From Patescibacteria group bacterium (GTDB lineage Bacteria > Patescibacteriota > Patescibacteriia > UBA1558 > GWA2-36-10), in assembly GCA_018819405.1 (NCBI GenBank), contig JAHJQF010000001.1, positions 513,377 through 577,376 on the forward strand: a stretch of 64,000 bases of DNA, given 5' to 3'. The notes under the pieces are model-generated. The model did not search any database and was not told the origin of the DNA. It worked only from the letters and a program-made list of their open reading frames with translations. This document shows, one piece after another, positions 1 to 9,743 of the stretch. Every line of letters starts with the position of its first letter. Positions within the stretch are counted from its first letter, which is position 1. A program made the position numbers and the translations under genes.

Positions 1-144
1 TTTTTGGGGTTACTTTTGGTCAGTCATTTTGATAGTCGTAGGATTTAGTCTGATGAATAAAAACCAGAATAAAGATGAGTGCTGGCACTGGTGGTGTTCG
101 TCCAAAAAAAAGGACAAAAAACACAAAATAGTAGACGAGCAATA

Positions 145-549
145 ATGCAAAAAATAATTGGAGAAAAAGAGTCTCAGGTAGAAGCCAAGAAATCTAGATT
201 CTTGGGCTTTTGCTTTTATGTAGAGTCAGTTGATAAAGTAAAAGAAATTCTTGATAGCTTTGAAGGAAAATACAAAGGCTCGGTTCATACTGTCTATGCC
301 TATAGATTAAAAGAAAATGGGGTGCTCCGTGAAAAATTTGACAATGACCGTGAGCCAGTGGGATCGGCCGGACCACCGCTTTTGTCGCTTCTCAAAAATA
401 AAGGTGTAATGAATTGTCTATTAGTAGTAGTTAGATATTTTGGCGGTACTTTATTAGGCACCGGAGGATTAGTCAGAGCTTATACCAGCGCCGGACAGCT
501 TACTTTGGAAGAAAATTTATGTCTATTAGAACAGAACAAAGAAAAATAA
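145..549 (+). CDS. IMPACT/YigZ family protein (UPF0029)
   Basis: ORF 79-549. The motif RYFGGTLLGTGGLVRAYT is typical of the YigZ/IMPACT N-domain. The start was moved to the internal ATG at 145 (MQKIIGEK) by inference. Confidence 0.55.
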   Translation: MQKIIGEKESQVEAKKSRFLGFCFYVESVDKVKEILDSFEGKYKGSVHTVYAYRLKENGVLREKFDNDREPVGSAGPPLLSLLKNKGVMNCLLVVVRYFGGTLLGTGGLVRAYTSAGQLTLEENLCLLEQNKEK

Positions 550-1088
550 ATATAAATGACTGTGAGTATTCATATACACTGCGTCGACGTTGGCGTGTCA
601 GATATGTCAGGTTGTCTATTGAGCATGACGGGTCTTTGGTTTTGACGGCTCCATTATCTTATCCAATTTTTTTGATAAACAGGTTTTTGCACAGTCGTGT
701 TTTATGGATAGATAATGGCTTGGCCAAAGTAAAAAACAGAGCTAGTGTCATGGGTATCAAACACAGTGAGGCCGAGCTAAAAAAATATAAAAAAATTACT
801 CGAGAATTGGTGAAAAGTCGGCTTGATTATTTTAATCAGTTTTATGGTTTTAAGATAAATAGGATTGCAATTAGAAACCAAAAAAGCCGCTGGGGCTCCT
901 GCTCGTCAGATAAAAATCTTAATTTTAATTATCGTTTAACACTTATTCCACCTGATTTGGCAGATTATATAATAGTCCACGAATTGTGCCATTTGTCTCA
1001 GATGAATCATTCCAAGGCTTTTTGGCAATTAGTTGCTCAGACTGTCCCGGATTACAAAAATAAAGAAAAATTACTCAAGAAAATTTAA
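519..1088 (+). CDS. YgjP-like (DUF45) HExxH metal-dependent hydrolase
   Basis: 189 aa with HELCHLSQMNH (HExxH) near the C-terminus as in the YgjP family. Overlaps the upstream ORF by 31 nt. Confidence 0.55.
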   Translation: MSIRTEQRKININDCEYSYTLRRRWRVRYVRLSIEHDGSLVLTAPLSYPIFLINRFLHSRVLWIDNGLAKVKNRASVMGIKHSEAELKKYKKITRELVKSRLDYFNQFYGFKINRIAIRNQKSRWGSCSSDKNLNFNYRLTLIPPDLADYIIVHELCHLSQMNHSKAFWQLVAQTVPDYKNKEKLLKKI

Positions 1089-1121
1089 CCAGCACCTTTT
1101 TATAAAAAGGTGCTGGTTTTA
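1089..1121 (+). terminator. rho-independent terminator
   Basis: ccagcacctttt / aaaaggtgctgg hairpin followed by tttt, directly after the stop of the 519-1088 ORF. Confidence 0.7.
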
Positions 1122-1199
1122 GCTAATATTAGTTAAGAAAGTAACCTCGGAGGTTGATTTGAACAATCTAGCTTATTTTGCTAAAATAAGAAGACAAGT

Positions 1200-1973
1200 A
1201 TGGAAGAAAAATATCAAAAAATAATTGAGGCAGCCCAGGCCGGCGGCCAAGTTTTGAAGCACTATTTTGGGCAAAATTTGGATATTGAACAAAAAACTAT
1301 TCCAGCTGATATCAGAACCAAGGCCGACACAGAATCAGAACAAGTTATTTTAAAAATACTCAAAGAAGATTTTCCAGACTACAATATACACTCTGAAGAA
1401 GATGGTAATACTGACAATGGATCAGAATATACTTTTGTAGTGGATCCACTAGATGCTTCAAACAATTTTGTACTTGGCATTCCCAATTTTTCGGTTATCA
1501 TTGCTTTGCAAAAAAATAATGAAACAATTTTTGGGCTAGTTTATCAGCCTATTTTGGATTTGAGCTATTATGCTATCAAAGGCCAGGGCGCTTTTTTAAA
1601 CGGAAAAAAGATATTGGTCAACGATAAAGAAAATATTCAAGACATATCAATTGGAGTAGTTTGGGGTTATGAGCATGACAAAGATTTGGATGCCGACTGG
1701 ACTCAAAAAATTATCAAATCAGATATTAAACGATTATGTTTTAATTGGTCGGTAGGAATTGATTTTTGTATGTTAGCTTCCGGCAAGATAGAGGCAATAC
1801 TTCACAACAATTTAGATATTCATGATTTTTTGGCGGGCAAATTGATTGCCAAAGAAGCCGGAGCATATATATCAGATTTGGCTGGTAATCCAGATAAGGA
1901 TGATGAAAATAATACTTTTTTGATTACTAACAACAAAATAATTAATAATAAAATTTTAGAAATTTTAAAATAA
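1200..1973 (+). CDS. inositol monophosphatase family protein
   Basis: 257 aa. The VVDPLDASNNF...FSVIIAL motifs are typical of the IMPase/SuhB fold. Confidence 0.7.
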   Translation: MEEKYQKIIEAAQAGGQVLKHYFGQNLDIEQKTIPADIRTKADTESEQVILKILKEDFPDYNIHSEEDGNTDNGSEYTFVVDPLDASNNFVLGIPNFSVIIALQKNNETIFGLVYQPILDLSYYAIKGQGAFLNGKKILVNDKENIQDISIGVVWGYEHDKDLDADWTQKIIKSDIKRLCFNWSVGIDFCMLASGKIEAILHNNLDIHDFLAGKLIAKEAGAYISDLAGNPDKDDENNTFLITNNKIINNKILEILK

Positions 1974-1979
1974 ACCTAT

Positions 1980-2516
1980 ATGGCAGAAGAAAAGAAGGCC
2001 GGAGGCCTAGACAATAACAAGGAAGAAAAATATGTCCGTCCAACTTGGGATGAATATTTTATGGAAATGGCTAGAACTGCTTCCAAGCGTGCGACTTGCA
2101 GTCGCGGTAGAAGTGGTTCAATTGCTGTCAAAGACAACCAAATTTTGGTAACAGGTTACGTCGGCGCACCAAAAGGATTGCCTGATTGTGATGAAGTTGG
2201 TCATTTGATAAAAAAAGTAGACCATGGCGATGGTACAGTCAGTAATCACTGTGTACGCACCATTCATGCTGAGCAAAATCTAATTTGCCAAGCTGCCAAA
2301 AGGGGAGTGTCTATAGAAGGGGCGACTGTTTATTGTCGTATGGTACCTTGTGTTGTCTGCTGTATGCTCCTTGTCAATTGTGGTATCAAGCGAGTAGTAG
2401 CTGAAAGACACTATCATCAGGGTGGACAAGATATTTTGAAGCAAGCAGGTATAGAGTTGGATGTCATATATGATGATGAAATGCAGACTTATGAAGGTAT
2501 GACTGAAAAAAAATAA
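1980..2516 (+). CDS. dCMP deaminase (cytidine/deoxycytidylate deaminase family)
   Basis: HAEQNLICQAA (HxE) and PCVVCCMLLVNCGI (PCxxC) zinc-binding motifs. Sits in a thymidylate-supply gene context. Confidence 0.75.
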   Translation: MAEEKKAGGLDNNKEEKYVRPTWDEYFMEMARTASKRATCSRGRSGSIAVKDNQILVTGYVGAPKGLPDCDEVGHLIKKVDHGDGTVSNHCVRTIHAEQNLICQAAKRGVSIEGATVYCRMVPCVVCCMLLVNCGIKRVVAERHYHQGGQDILKQAGIELDVIYDDEMQTYEGMTEKK

Positions 2517-2523
2517 TAAAACA

Positions 2524-3072
2524 ATGAAACAAGAAAAAATAATTTTAGGATTTACTGGATTAATAGCTTGTGGCAAAGGTACAGCTGCTAAATATTTTGC
2601 AAGCAAATATAATGCTGATACTTTTCGTTTTTCTACTATGCTCAGAGATATATTAGATAGATTATATTTGCCTCAATCTAGGGAGAATTTTCAAATTATA
2701 TCTCCAGTATTAAGAGAGGCCTTTGGTCAAGACTTAATGGCTAAAGTAATATCGGAGGATGTTAAAAATTCTCAGGCTGAGATGATAGTTATAGATGGAA
2801 TGCGTCGTCCAGCTGATATAGAATATCTTAAAAAAATTTCTGGTTTTAAAATGATAGCTATAGAAGTAGATGCTAAGGTGCGTTATGAAAGATTAAGAGC
2901 CAGAGGAGAGAATTCTGATGATAAAGAAAAAACTTGGGAGCAATTTCAAGCAGAGCACAAAGCGGAAACAGAAATTTATATTCCAGATTTAATGAAACAA
3001 GCTGATATTACTATAAATAATAACGGAACTTTGGAAGAGTTATATAAACAACTTGATAAATTAGTTGATTAA
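2524..3072 (+). CDS. P-loop nucleotide kinase (dNMP-kinase / dephospho-CoA-kinase-like)
   Basis: Walker [10 protein letters not shown] at the N-terminus in a protein of about 180 aa. Flanked by dCMP deaminase and thyA. The exact substrate cannot be told from sequence. Confidence 0.4.
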   Translation: MKQEKIILGFTGLIACGKGTAAKYFASKYNADTFRFSTMLRDILDRLYLPQSRENFQIISPVLREAFGQDLMAKVISEDVKNSQAEMIVIDGMRRPADIEYLKKISGFKMIAIEVDAKVRYERLRARGENSDDKEKTWEQFQAEHKAETEIYIPDLMKQADITINNNGTLEELYKQLDKLVD

Positions 3073-3075
3073 TTT

Positions 3076-3149
3076 GTCATTGCGAGCCCGAAGGGCGTGG
3101 CAATCTAAATATTGTAGATTGCTTCGTCGCTAAATATTCTCGCAATGAC
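3076..3149. repeat. REP-like nested palindromic element, copy 1
   Basis: Outer 11-bp inverted repeat GTCATTGCGAG/CTCGCAATGAC encloses an inner GGCAATCTA/TAGATTGC palindrome. The copy at 4063-4136 is nearly identical. Confidence 0.7.
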
Positions 3150-3158
3150 GGTAAGAAA

Positions 3159-4055
3159 ATGAAACAATATTTACAACTACTTCAAAAAATAATGGATGAG
3201 GGCGTAGACAAAAGTGACCGTACTGGTGTAGGTACGCGTAGTGTTTTTGGTGCTCAGGCCAGATTTGATTTGTCCGAAGGCTTTCCATTACTCACTACCA
3301 AAAAAGTATTTTTAAAAGGAATAATTCATGAGCTTATCTGGTTTGTCAGGGGGGATACCAATATCAAATATTTGGTAGACAATGGTGTGCGTATTTGGAA
3401 TGAGTGGCCATACCAAAAATATCTGGAAGCCAATGGATTGGCAGATAAATATCCAAAATATACACCTGAGTGGGAAGAAAAAATGCAAGAGTTTGTAGAT
3501 AATGTAAAAAATGATGACGAGTTTGCCAAAAAGTGGGGTGATCTCGGTCCAGTTTATGGCAAACAGTGGCGTGATTTTGGCGGGGTAGACCAACTCAAGG
3601 ATGTGATTGAAAGATTAAAAACAAACCCCAATGACAGGCGTATGATAGTGTCTGCTTGGAATCCACCAGAAATCCCCAAGATGGCTTTGCCACCTTGTCA
3701 TTTGCTTTACCAATTTTATGTAGCTGACGGTAAATTGTCACTACAAATGTATCAAAGGAGCTGTGACACATTTTTGGGTGTGCCTTTTAATATTGCTTCT
3801 TATTCGTTGCTTTTGATGATGGTAGCTCAAGTAGTTGGTTTGAAACCCGGTGTATTCGTTCATGTCTATGGTGATTTGCATATTTATAGCAATCATTTTG
3901 ACCAGGTTAAAGAACAATTATCACGTGAGCCAAGACAACTTCCGATCATGAAAATAAATTCAGATGTCAAAAATATTGAAGATTTTAAATTTGAAGATTT
4001 TACATTAGAGGGCTATGATCCATATCCTATTATAAAAGCACCAATTGCAGTTTAA
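3159..4055 (+). CDS. thyA: thymidylate synthase
   Basis: The [11 protein letters not shown] motif, [11 protein letters not shown] with the catalytic Cys, and the DLHIY motif are canonical ThyA. Confidence 0.95.
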   Translation: MKQYLQLLQKIMDEGVDKSDRTGVGTRSVFGAQARFDLSEGFPLLTTKKVFLKGIIHELIWFVRGDTNIKYLVDNGVRIWNEWPYQKYLEANGLADKYPKYTPEWEEKMQEFVDNVKNDDEFAKKWGDLGPVYGKQWRDFGGVDQLKDVIERLKTNPNDRRMIVSAWNPPEIPKMALPPCHLLYQFYVADGKLSLQMYQRSCDTFLGVPFNIASYSLLLMMVAQVVGLKPGVFVHVYGDLHIYSNHFDQVKEQLSREPRQLPIMKINSDVKNIEDFKFEDFTLEGYDPYPIIKAPIAV

Positions 4056-4062
4056 TTAATTG

Positions 4063-4136
4063 TCATCGCGAGCCCAAAGGGCGTGGCGATCTAAAATCTT
4101 TTAGATTGCTTCGTCACTAAGTTCCTCGCAATGACA
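4063..4136. repeat. REP-like nested palindromic element, copy 2
   Basis: GTCATCGCGAG...CTCGCAATGAC with the same inner palindrome as copy 1. The two copies flank thyA. Confidence 0.7.
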
Positions 4137-4147
4137 GATAAAAAATC

Positions 4148-4627
4148 ATGACAATAAGTTTAATAGCAGCCATAGCCCGTGACAGAGGTATTGGTTACAA
4201 AAATAAATTATTGGTGCATTTGCCACCGGATTTGCAGCATTTTAAAAAAATTACTCAGGGGCACATGGTCATCATGGGGCAAACTACTTACCAATCTATG
4301 GGTAAGGCCCTACCCAATAGACAAAATATAGTGCTTACTTTGGACAAAGATTGGAAAGTGGATGATGCAGTGGTGCTACATTCTATAGAAGAGGCCATTG
4401 AATATGCCAAGGCATCAGGCGATGATGAAATTTTTTTTATTGGTGGTGCCTCAATATATAGACAATCTATCAAGTATGCTGACAAGTTGTATTTGACTAT
4501 CATAGACAAGACTTTTGAAGCAGATACTTATTTTCCGGAGTACGATGAATTTAAAAATATTGTTTCAGAATCAGAAACACAAGAATACGAAGGCACAAAG
4601 TTTAAATATTTAGAATTGACCAGATAA
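4148..4627 (+). CDS. folA: dihydrofolate reductase
   Basis: ISLIAAIARDRGIG...LPW-like N-terminus and a 159-aa DHFR fold. Immediately downstream of thyA. Confidence 0.9.
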   Translation: MTISLIAAIARDRGIGYKNKLLVHLPPDLQHFKKITQGHMVIMGQTTYQSMGKALPNRQNIVLTLDKDWKVDDAVVLHSIEEAIEYAKASGDDEIFFIGGASIYRQSIKYADKLYLTIIDKTFEADTYFPEYDEFKNIVSESETQEYEGTKFKYLELTR

Positions 4628-4632
4628 AATAT

Positions 4633-5037
4633 ATGAGAACAGAAATACCTAGTAATGAGTCTTTGCCTGAATCAAAATCGGAGAGTATTGAATATTATAT
4701 AGGTATGTTTACAAAATTGAGGGACGGATATAGTAATGATGTACCTAAAGAAATTATTCATAGCAATTCCATTGATAGCAACTTTAAGATAAGACGAGGC
4801 TGGTTTACAGCTTTGGTTGGCCAGCTGGTCTTATTTAAAGAAGATTATTTGGAGGGCAGTGACAATAATGAGACTCAAACATTGGTGACAGAAATAGATA
4901 CTTTTGTAAATTATTGTACTAGCCCTGATTTCATAGAAAAAGATAGGACAGAGAAAGAAGATGTAGATAGAGGAGATGAAATTTTAAATAAAGTATTAAA
5001 AGTTTTAGAAAATATAGACAGCCATGAACCCCGTTAG
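4633..5037 (+). CDS. hypothetical protein
   Basis: 134-aa acidic ORF. The last two codons plus the stop (CCC CGT TAG) are supplied by the palindromic element at 5029. Confidence 0.35.
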   Translation: MRTEIPSNESLPESKSESIEYYIGMFTKLRDGYSNDVPKEIIHSNSIDSNFKIRRGWFTALVGQLVLFKEDYLEGSDNNETQTLVTEIDTFVNYCTSPDFIEKDRTEKEDVDRGDEILNKVLKVLENIDSHEPR

Positions 5038-5134
5038 AAATTCACCAGATAACGTTATGGTGTTAAAGTATAATAAATCAGTGTTGATTTTACTAACAGG
5101 GAAAAAGTTATTTAATCATTAATTTCTAACGGGG
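5029..5134. repeat. palindromic intergenic element (TIR CCCCGTTAGAAATT / AATTTCTAACGGGG)
   Basis: 14-bp terminal inverted repeats around an AT-rich spacer that contains TATAAT. The left end supplies the stop of the 4633-5037 ORF. The right end abuts the GTG start of dut. Confidence 0.7.
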
Positions 5135-5556
5135 TGAAAATAAAAGCTAAAAAAATATATCCAGATGCCCAGATGCCCCAGACTATGAGGCCAGGCGACG
5201 CAGCGATGGATTTTTATAGTTATCGTGATTATGAAATCAAACCTGGCGAAAGGATAATAGTAGAAACTGGCATTGCTATTGCTATTCCAGACGGCTATTG
5301 GGGCAATGTCAGGGATCGTGGAGGTCTGCCAGCCAAACACGGCATTCACACTATGGGCGGAGTTTTTGATTCCAATTTTCGTGGTGAAGTGCAAATCATT
5401 ATGATTAATCTAGGGCAAGAAACTTACAAAATAGCTAAAGGTCACCGTATTTGTCAGATGATTATAGAGCGTCATGAAACAGTAGAACTAGAAGAAGTAG
5501 ATGAGCTTGATGAAACAAACAGGGGAGATAATATGCTGGCCTCAAGTGGTTATTAA
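5134..5556 (+). CDS. dut: dUTP diphosphatase
   Basis: GGVFDSNFRGEVQIIMINLG is a dUTPase motif. GTG start lies inside AACGGGGTG. Confidence 0.9.
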   Translation: MKIKAKKIYPDAQMPQTMRPGDAAMDFYSYRDYEIKPGERIIVETGIAIAIPDGYWGNVRDRGGLPAKHGIHTMGGVFDSNFRGEVQIIMINLGQETYKIAKGHRICQMIIERHETVELEEVDELDETNRGDNMLASSGY

Positions 5557-5564
5557 ATTAAAAT

Positions 5565-5813
5565 ATGGATAAAAATCTAATTTTAAATAGAGGCGTTCAA
5601 ATTGCCCTGCCATCGCTAACTATAGGAGCTCAGGTGGCAATAGCTTTAAAATTTCCTCAATATGGATTAATAATTAATTTATTAGCCCAACCTTTTTGGC
5701 TGTATTCGTCTTGGAAAGCGTATAAACAAGCTGGTCAAAGCGGAATTTTGATAACTACTATAATAATCACTATTGTTTTGATATCAGGGATTATAAATTA
5801 TTGGTTTTTATAA
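5565..5813 (+). CDS. small membrane protein (hypothetical)
   Basis: 82 aa with two hydrophobic helices. Confidence 0.35.
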   Translation: MDKNLILNRGVQIALPSLTIGAQVAIALKFPQYGLIINLLAQPFWLYSSWKAYKQAGQSGILITTIIITIVLISGIINYWFL

Positions 5814-5816
5814 AAT

Positions 5817-6494
5817 ATGTCAAAAGGAAAATTAATAGTCATAGAAGGCGGTGATGGCAGTGGTAAAACTACTCAATTTAATTTGCTCAAAGAAAAGCTA
5901 ATCAAAGATGGGCAGCTTATAGAAATCGTAGATTTTCCACGTTACGGACAGCCAGCGGCAGTCATGGTAGAAAAATACCTCAATGGTGATTTTGGCGCTG
6001 CCAAAGACGTAGGGGCTTATCGGGCTAGTATTTTTTATGCTATGGACAGATACGATGCTTCTTTTGATATGAAGAGATGGCTGGAAGATGGTAAAATTGT
6101 ACTAGCCAATCGCTATGCTACATCTAATATGGTCCATCAGGCCGGCAAGATCAAAGATCAAAAAGAGCGAGATATATTTTTGGATTGGTTGGATGAGTTG
6201 GAATTTAATATTTTTGCAATTCCTAGACCAGATGTAGTATTTTTTATGAATGTTTCAGCAGAGATTTCTCAAAATTTGGCACTTAGCAAAGATGGTCGTC
6301 ATGACAATCTCAAATCAAAAAATGATATACATGAGAATGATTTAAATCATTTACGTGATGCTCTTGAGGCTGGACAATATGTGGCCAAAAAATATAATTG
6401 GGAAATAATAGACTGTGATGATGGTACTGGACATATGAGAACAATAGATAGCATTCACGATGAAGTTTGTCAGAAGTTAAAAAAATATATATAG
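5817..6494 (+). CDS. tmk: thymidylate kinase
   Basis: LIVIEGGDGSGKTTQ P-loop and DRY motif. Confidence 0.9.
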   Translation: MSKGKLIVIEGGDGSGKTTQFNLLKEKLIKDGQLIEIVDFPRYGQPAAVMVEKYLNGDFGAAKDVGAYRASIFYAMDRYDASFDMKRWLEDGKIVLANRYATSNMVHQAGKIKDQKERDIFLDWLDELEFNIFAIPRPDVVFFMNVSAEISQNLALSKDGRHDNLKSKNDIHENDLNHLRDALEAGQYVAKKYNWEIIDCDDGTGHMRTIDSIHDEVCQKLKKYI

Positions 6495-6505
6495 TTATAG
6501 TACCT

Positions 6506-6541
6506 GCCCCGTAAAAAATTTGTTATAATAATAAACGGGGC
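6506..6541. repeat. GCCCCGT...ACGGGGC palindrome (sister of the CCCGTTA element family)
   Basis: 7-bp inverted repeat GCCCCGT/ACGGGGC around a 22-nt AT spacer containing TATAAT, between tmk and gatB. Confidence 0.5.
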
Positions 6542-6571
6542 AATAAATAATTCTTAAATTTTTATACTGGG

Positions 6572-8083
6572 GTGGCTAAATACCAAACAATTATAGGTTT
6601 AGAGATTCATTTGCAACTCAAGACAAAGAGTAAGATGTTTTGTCATTGTTCCAATGCCAGTGATGGTAAGGAGCCAAATACTTTGGTGTGCCCAATTTGT
6701 TTGGGTCATCCGGGCACACTTCCAACAGTCAATAAAGAGGCAGTCAAGATGGGTTTGATGATGGCTTTGGCTTTGAATTGTAAGATAAATAAAATATCAA
6801 AGTTTGACAGAAAAAATTATTTTTATCCTGATTTGCCAAAAGGCTATCAGATATCTCAGTTTGATGAGCCTTTGGCTCATGATGGGCACTTGGTTATTGA
6901 AATAGATGAGCAAAAATGGAGTATTGGTATAGAGAGACTACATCTAGAGGAGGACGCTGCCAAAAATATACATAGCACAGGTAAGACTTTGGTAGATTTT
7001 AACCGTGGTGGCACACCACTAGCTGAGATTGTCACTCAACCGGACTTTAAGAGCCCTAAGGAAGCCAAAGAATTTTTAATTGAGCTTCGTCTGATTGCCA
7101 GATATTTGGGAGTTTCTGATGCTGATATGGAAAAAGGCCACATGAGATGTGATGCCAATATATCACTAAGGCCAATGGGTGATCATGATTATTATGCCAA
7201 AACAGAAGTTAAAAATCTAAACTCATTTAAAGCTGTAGAAAAAGCTTTGCTGTTTGAAGAAAAACGACAGGCCAAACTATGGGAGGCCAAGACTCCACCA
7301 CAAAAGACAGAAACTCGCGGTTGGGACGAAGACAAAGAAGAAACAATCCTTCAGCGTACCAAAGAGGGCTCGTCTGATTATCGGTATTTTCCGGAGCCAG
7401 ATTTGCCCCTTTTGCATATTAGTGAAAATTTGCTGACTGAAGTGCAAAGTATGATGCCGGAACTACCGCTTCATAGAAAAGACCGCTTTGTTACAGAATA
7501 TCGCCTTAGCTCAAAAGATGCTTGGGAGCTTATCAATCAAAGAATCTGGGCAAATTATTATGAAAATGTAATGTCCGATTTGCGGGCTTGGATGTTTAAG
7601 TCCAAAGGGCTAGGAGAAGATAGTAAAGAGGCTGAAACTCTTTGGCAGGAACATAAAGCTAAATTATCTAAACTAGCTTATAGTTGGATTACTAGTGAGC
7701 TTTTTGGTCTGATAAAAGGCAAATTCAAGATAGAGGATTTGAAAATCAGTGCCGAAAATATGTCTGAGCTTTTGACGCTTATTTATGAAAAGAAAATAAA
7801 CAGCTCTGCTGGACAGATAATTCTAAAAGAAATGTTTAATGGAGCTGATGACGACCCCTCTCACATTGCCGAGCGTCTTGACCTAGCTCAGATTGAGGAT
7901 GATATGACTTTAGATGGTATTGTAATAAAAGTAATAATGAGCAATCCTGAGCAAGTCAAAGAATATCAGGCCGGCAAAGCAGCTGTGCTCAAGTTTTTAC
8001 TTGGTCTGGTTATGAAAGAGAGTAGGGGTAAAGCCAATCCGCAAAAAGCTGAGGAAATGCTCAAAGAAAAATTAAGCTCTTGA
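6572..8083 (+). CDS. gatB: aspartyl/glutamyl-tRNA amidotransferase subunit B
   Basis: IGLEIHLQLKTKSKMFCHCS and the full-length GatB fold. GTG start. Confidence 0.9.
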   Translation: MAKYQTIIGLEIHLQLKTKSKMFCHCSNASDGKEPNTLVCPICLGHPGTLPTVNKEAVKMGLMMALALNCKINKISKFDRKNYFYPDLPKGYQISQFDEPLAHDGHLVIEIDEQKWSIGIERLHLEEDAAKNIHSTGKTLVDFNRGGTPLAEIVTQPDFKSPKEAKEFLIELRLIARYLGVSDADMEKGHMRCDANISLRPMGDHDYYAKTEVKNLNSFKAVEKALLFEEKRQAKLWEAKTPPQKTETRGWDEDKEETILQRTKEGSSDYRYFPEPDLPLLHISENLLTEVQSMMPELPLHRKDRFVTEYRLSSKDAWELINQRIWANYYENVMSDLRAWMFKSKGLGEDSKEAETLWQEHKAKLSKLAYSWITSELFGLIKGKFKIEDLKISAENMSELLTLIYEKKINSSAGQIILKEMFNGADDDPSHIAERLDLAQIEDDMTLDGIVIKVIMSNPEQVKEYQAGKAAVLKFLLGLVMKESRGKANPQKAEEMLKEKLSS

Positions 8084-8084
8084 T

Positions 8085-9626
8085 ATGAGTGGTTTTGTTT
8101 GGAGACGTAATTTTGAAATATACAGGATGCCCGTCATAGTCACTGGGCCACCTGTTTTTTCTGCTATACGTGATCAAAAGAAGCTAATTGGCAGAGATAT
8201 TTTAAAAGATTTTTTATTGATTGGCGAAAATTATGATCTGACTGGCGCTTATATACCGGACAAACAATTACGGAATTTTATAGAAGCTATTTTAGATATT
8301 ATAAAAACCAAGCCTGATTTTGTCTTTAAATTTCAGAGACAAGGGATTGTTGATATCAAAAAATTATTTAATTTTATCAAAGAAAATTTAAATTATGATT
8401 TTGGCAAAATGAGTGATGATCAGCTTGTCAAATTTCACGATAAATTACAAAAAAAATTTTTTGAAGCGGAAGGTAGGCTGACACTTACTACTTGGTTTGT
8501 AGATTCCGACGGAGAAGATTTATCAAAATTTTTGATGAGTATAGTAGAGGACAAGATAAAACAAAATAAAATAGATATAAGTGTAGCAGAAGCTTTTTCT
8601 CTACTTACCACACCAGATAAGATGAGTTTATCTATGCAGGAGGAAATAGAATCTTTAGAGATTTTACAAGCTATAAAAAAAGACCCTAAAGCCAAAAAAA
8701 TATTTACCAATCAAGATATAAAGTATATAGAGGATAATTTATCTGAAATAGATGTTAAACTGAGAAATAAAATATTAAAGCATTACAAAAAATGGCTATG
8801 GATGCCCTATACATATATAGGGCCAGCTTATGAGCTAGATTATTATATTAGTATGTGGTCGGGCTTGCTCAGACAAAGAGTAAAAGCAGAGCAAAATATA
8901 AAAGTCTTAAGAAAACAGACGCTAGATAACAAAAAATCTAGACAAGAGCTTATCAAAAAACTATCTCTAAAAGGTAAGGAAAAAAAATATTTTGATTTAG
9001 CTAAAGATATTATATATATAAAGTCATATCGTAAAGATGCTTGGTTTTATTATTGTTATTTATTGGAATTTGTTCATAAAGAAATGGCTAAGCGTTTGCA
9101 TTTGTCTTTGAAGCAGTTTAGGATGATGACTTTTGATGAAGTTGCCTTGGCTTTAAAAAAGGGCAAATTTGATACTAGGACTCTCAACCAGAGATTTAAA
9201 AAAAGTGTTTATATATTTTCTGGCTTAAAAGCAAAAATTTATGCTAGTGAAAAAGCGGAAAAATTTTTGGCTACGCAAAATCTTGAGCAGGAACAAATCA
9301 AGATAGTAGATGAAATCAGGGGTACTTCGGCTCGTCCCGGTAAAATCAACGGACAGGTAAAGATAGTAAATTTACCAGAGGAAATGCATAAGATGAATAA
9401 AGGAGATGTCATGGTAGCGCGCACTACTTTTCCATCTCTAGTTCCGGCTATGAAAAAAGCGGCAGCTATAGTGACTAATGATGGAGGTATTACTTGTCAC
9501 GCCGCCATAGTAGCTAGGGAACTTAAAATTCCTTGTGTAGTGGGTACCAAAATAGCCACCAAAGTCTTCAAAGACGGAGATAGGGTCAGTGTAGATGCTA
9601 TAAATGGTATTATAAAAAAGTTGTAA
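8085..9626 (+). CDS. PEP-utilizing enzyme mobile-domain protein
   Basis: C-terminal GGITCHAAIVARELKIPCVVG is the phospho-histidine swivel domain. The 400-aa N-terminal region is unrecognized. ATG overlaps the gatB stop (TGATATG). Confidence 0.6.
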   Translation: MSGFVWRRNFEIYRMPVIVTGPPVFSAIRDQKKLIGRDILKDFLLIGENYDLTGAYIPDKQLRNFIEAILDIIKTKPDFVFKFQRQGIVDIKKLFNFIKENLNYDFGKMSDDQLVKFHDKLQKKFFEAEGRLTLTTWFVDSDGEDLSKFLMSIVEDKIKQNKIDISVAEAFSLLTTPDKMSLSMQEEIESLEILQAIKKDPKAKKIFTNQDIKYIEDNLSEIDVKLRNKILKHYKKWLWMPYTYIGPAYELDYYISMWSGLLRQRVKAEQNIKVLRKQTLDNKKSRQELIKKLSLKGKEKKYFDLAKDIIYIKSYRKDAWFYYCYLLEFVHKEMAKRLHLSLKQFRMMTFDEVALALKKGKFDTRTLNQRFKKSVYIFSGLKAKIYASEKAEKFLATQNLEQEQIKIVDEIRGTSARPGKINGQVKIVNLPEEMHKMNKGDVMVARTTFPSLVPAMKKAAAIVTNDGGITCHAAIVARELKIPCVVGTKIATKVFKDGDRVSVDAINGIIKKL

Positions 9627-9743
9627 AATATATACTGGCCGTAGTCTTCGCTTTGGACGGTTTTATAGTTGACAGGAGAGTATTTTTATGGTTATTTTAT
9701 CAGGTTCGCTGTTATTTTACTCTAGCCTAGGAAGGGGTTCAAG

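Noticed and set aside
194-376. 60-aa minus-strand ORF inside the YigZ gene
   Set aside because: Fully antisense to a conserved coding region. No ribosome-binding site or motif. Treated as spurious.
2280-2606. 108-aa minus-strand ORF overlapping dCMP deaminase and the kinase-like gene
   Set aside because: Antisense to two well-supported genes. Low-complexity translation.
3312-3593. Minus-strand ORFs (93 and 67 aa) inside thyA
   Set aside because: Antisense to a highly conserved ThyA reading frame.
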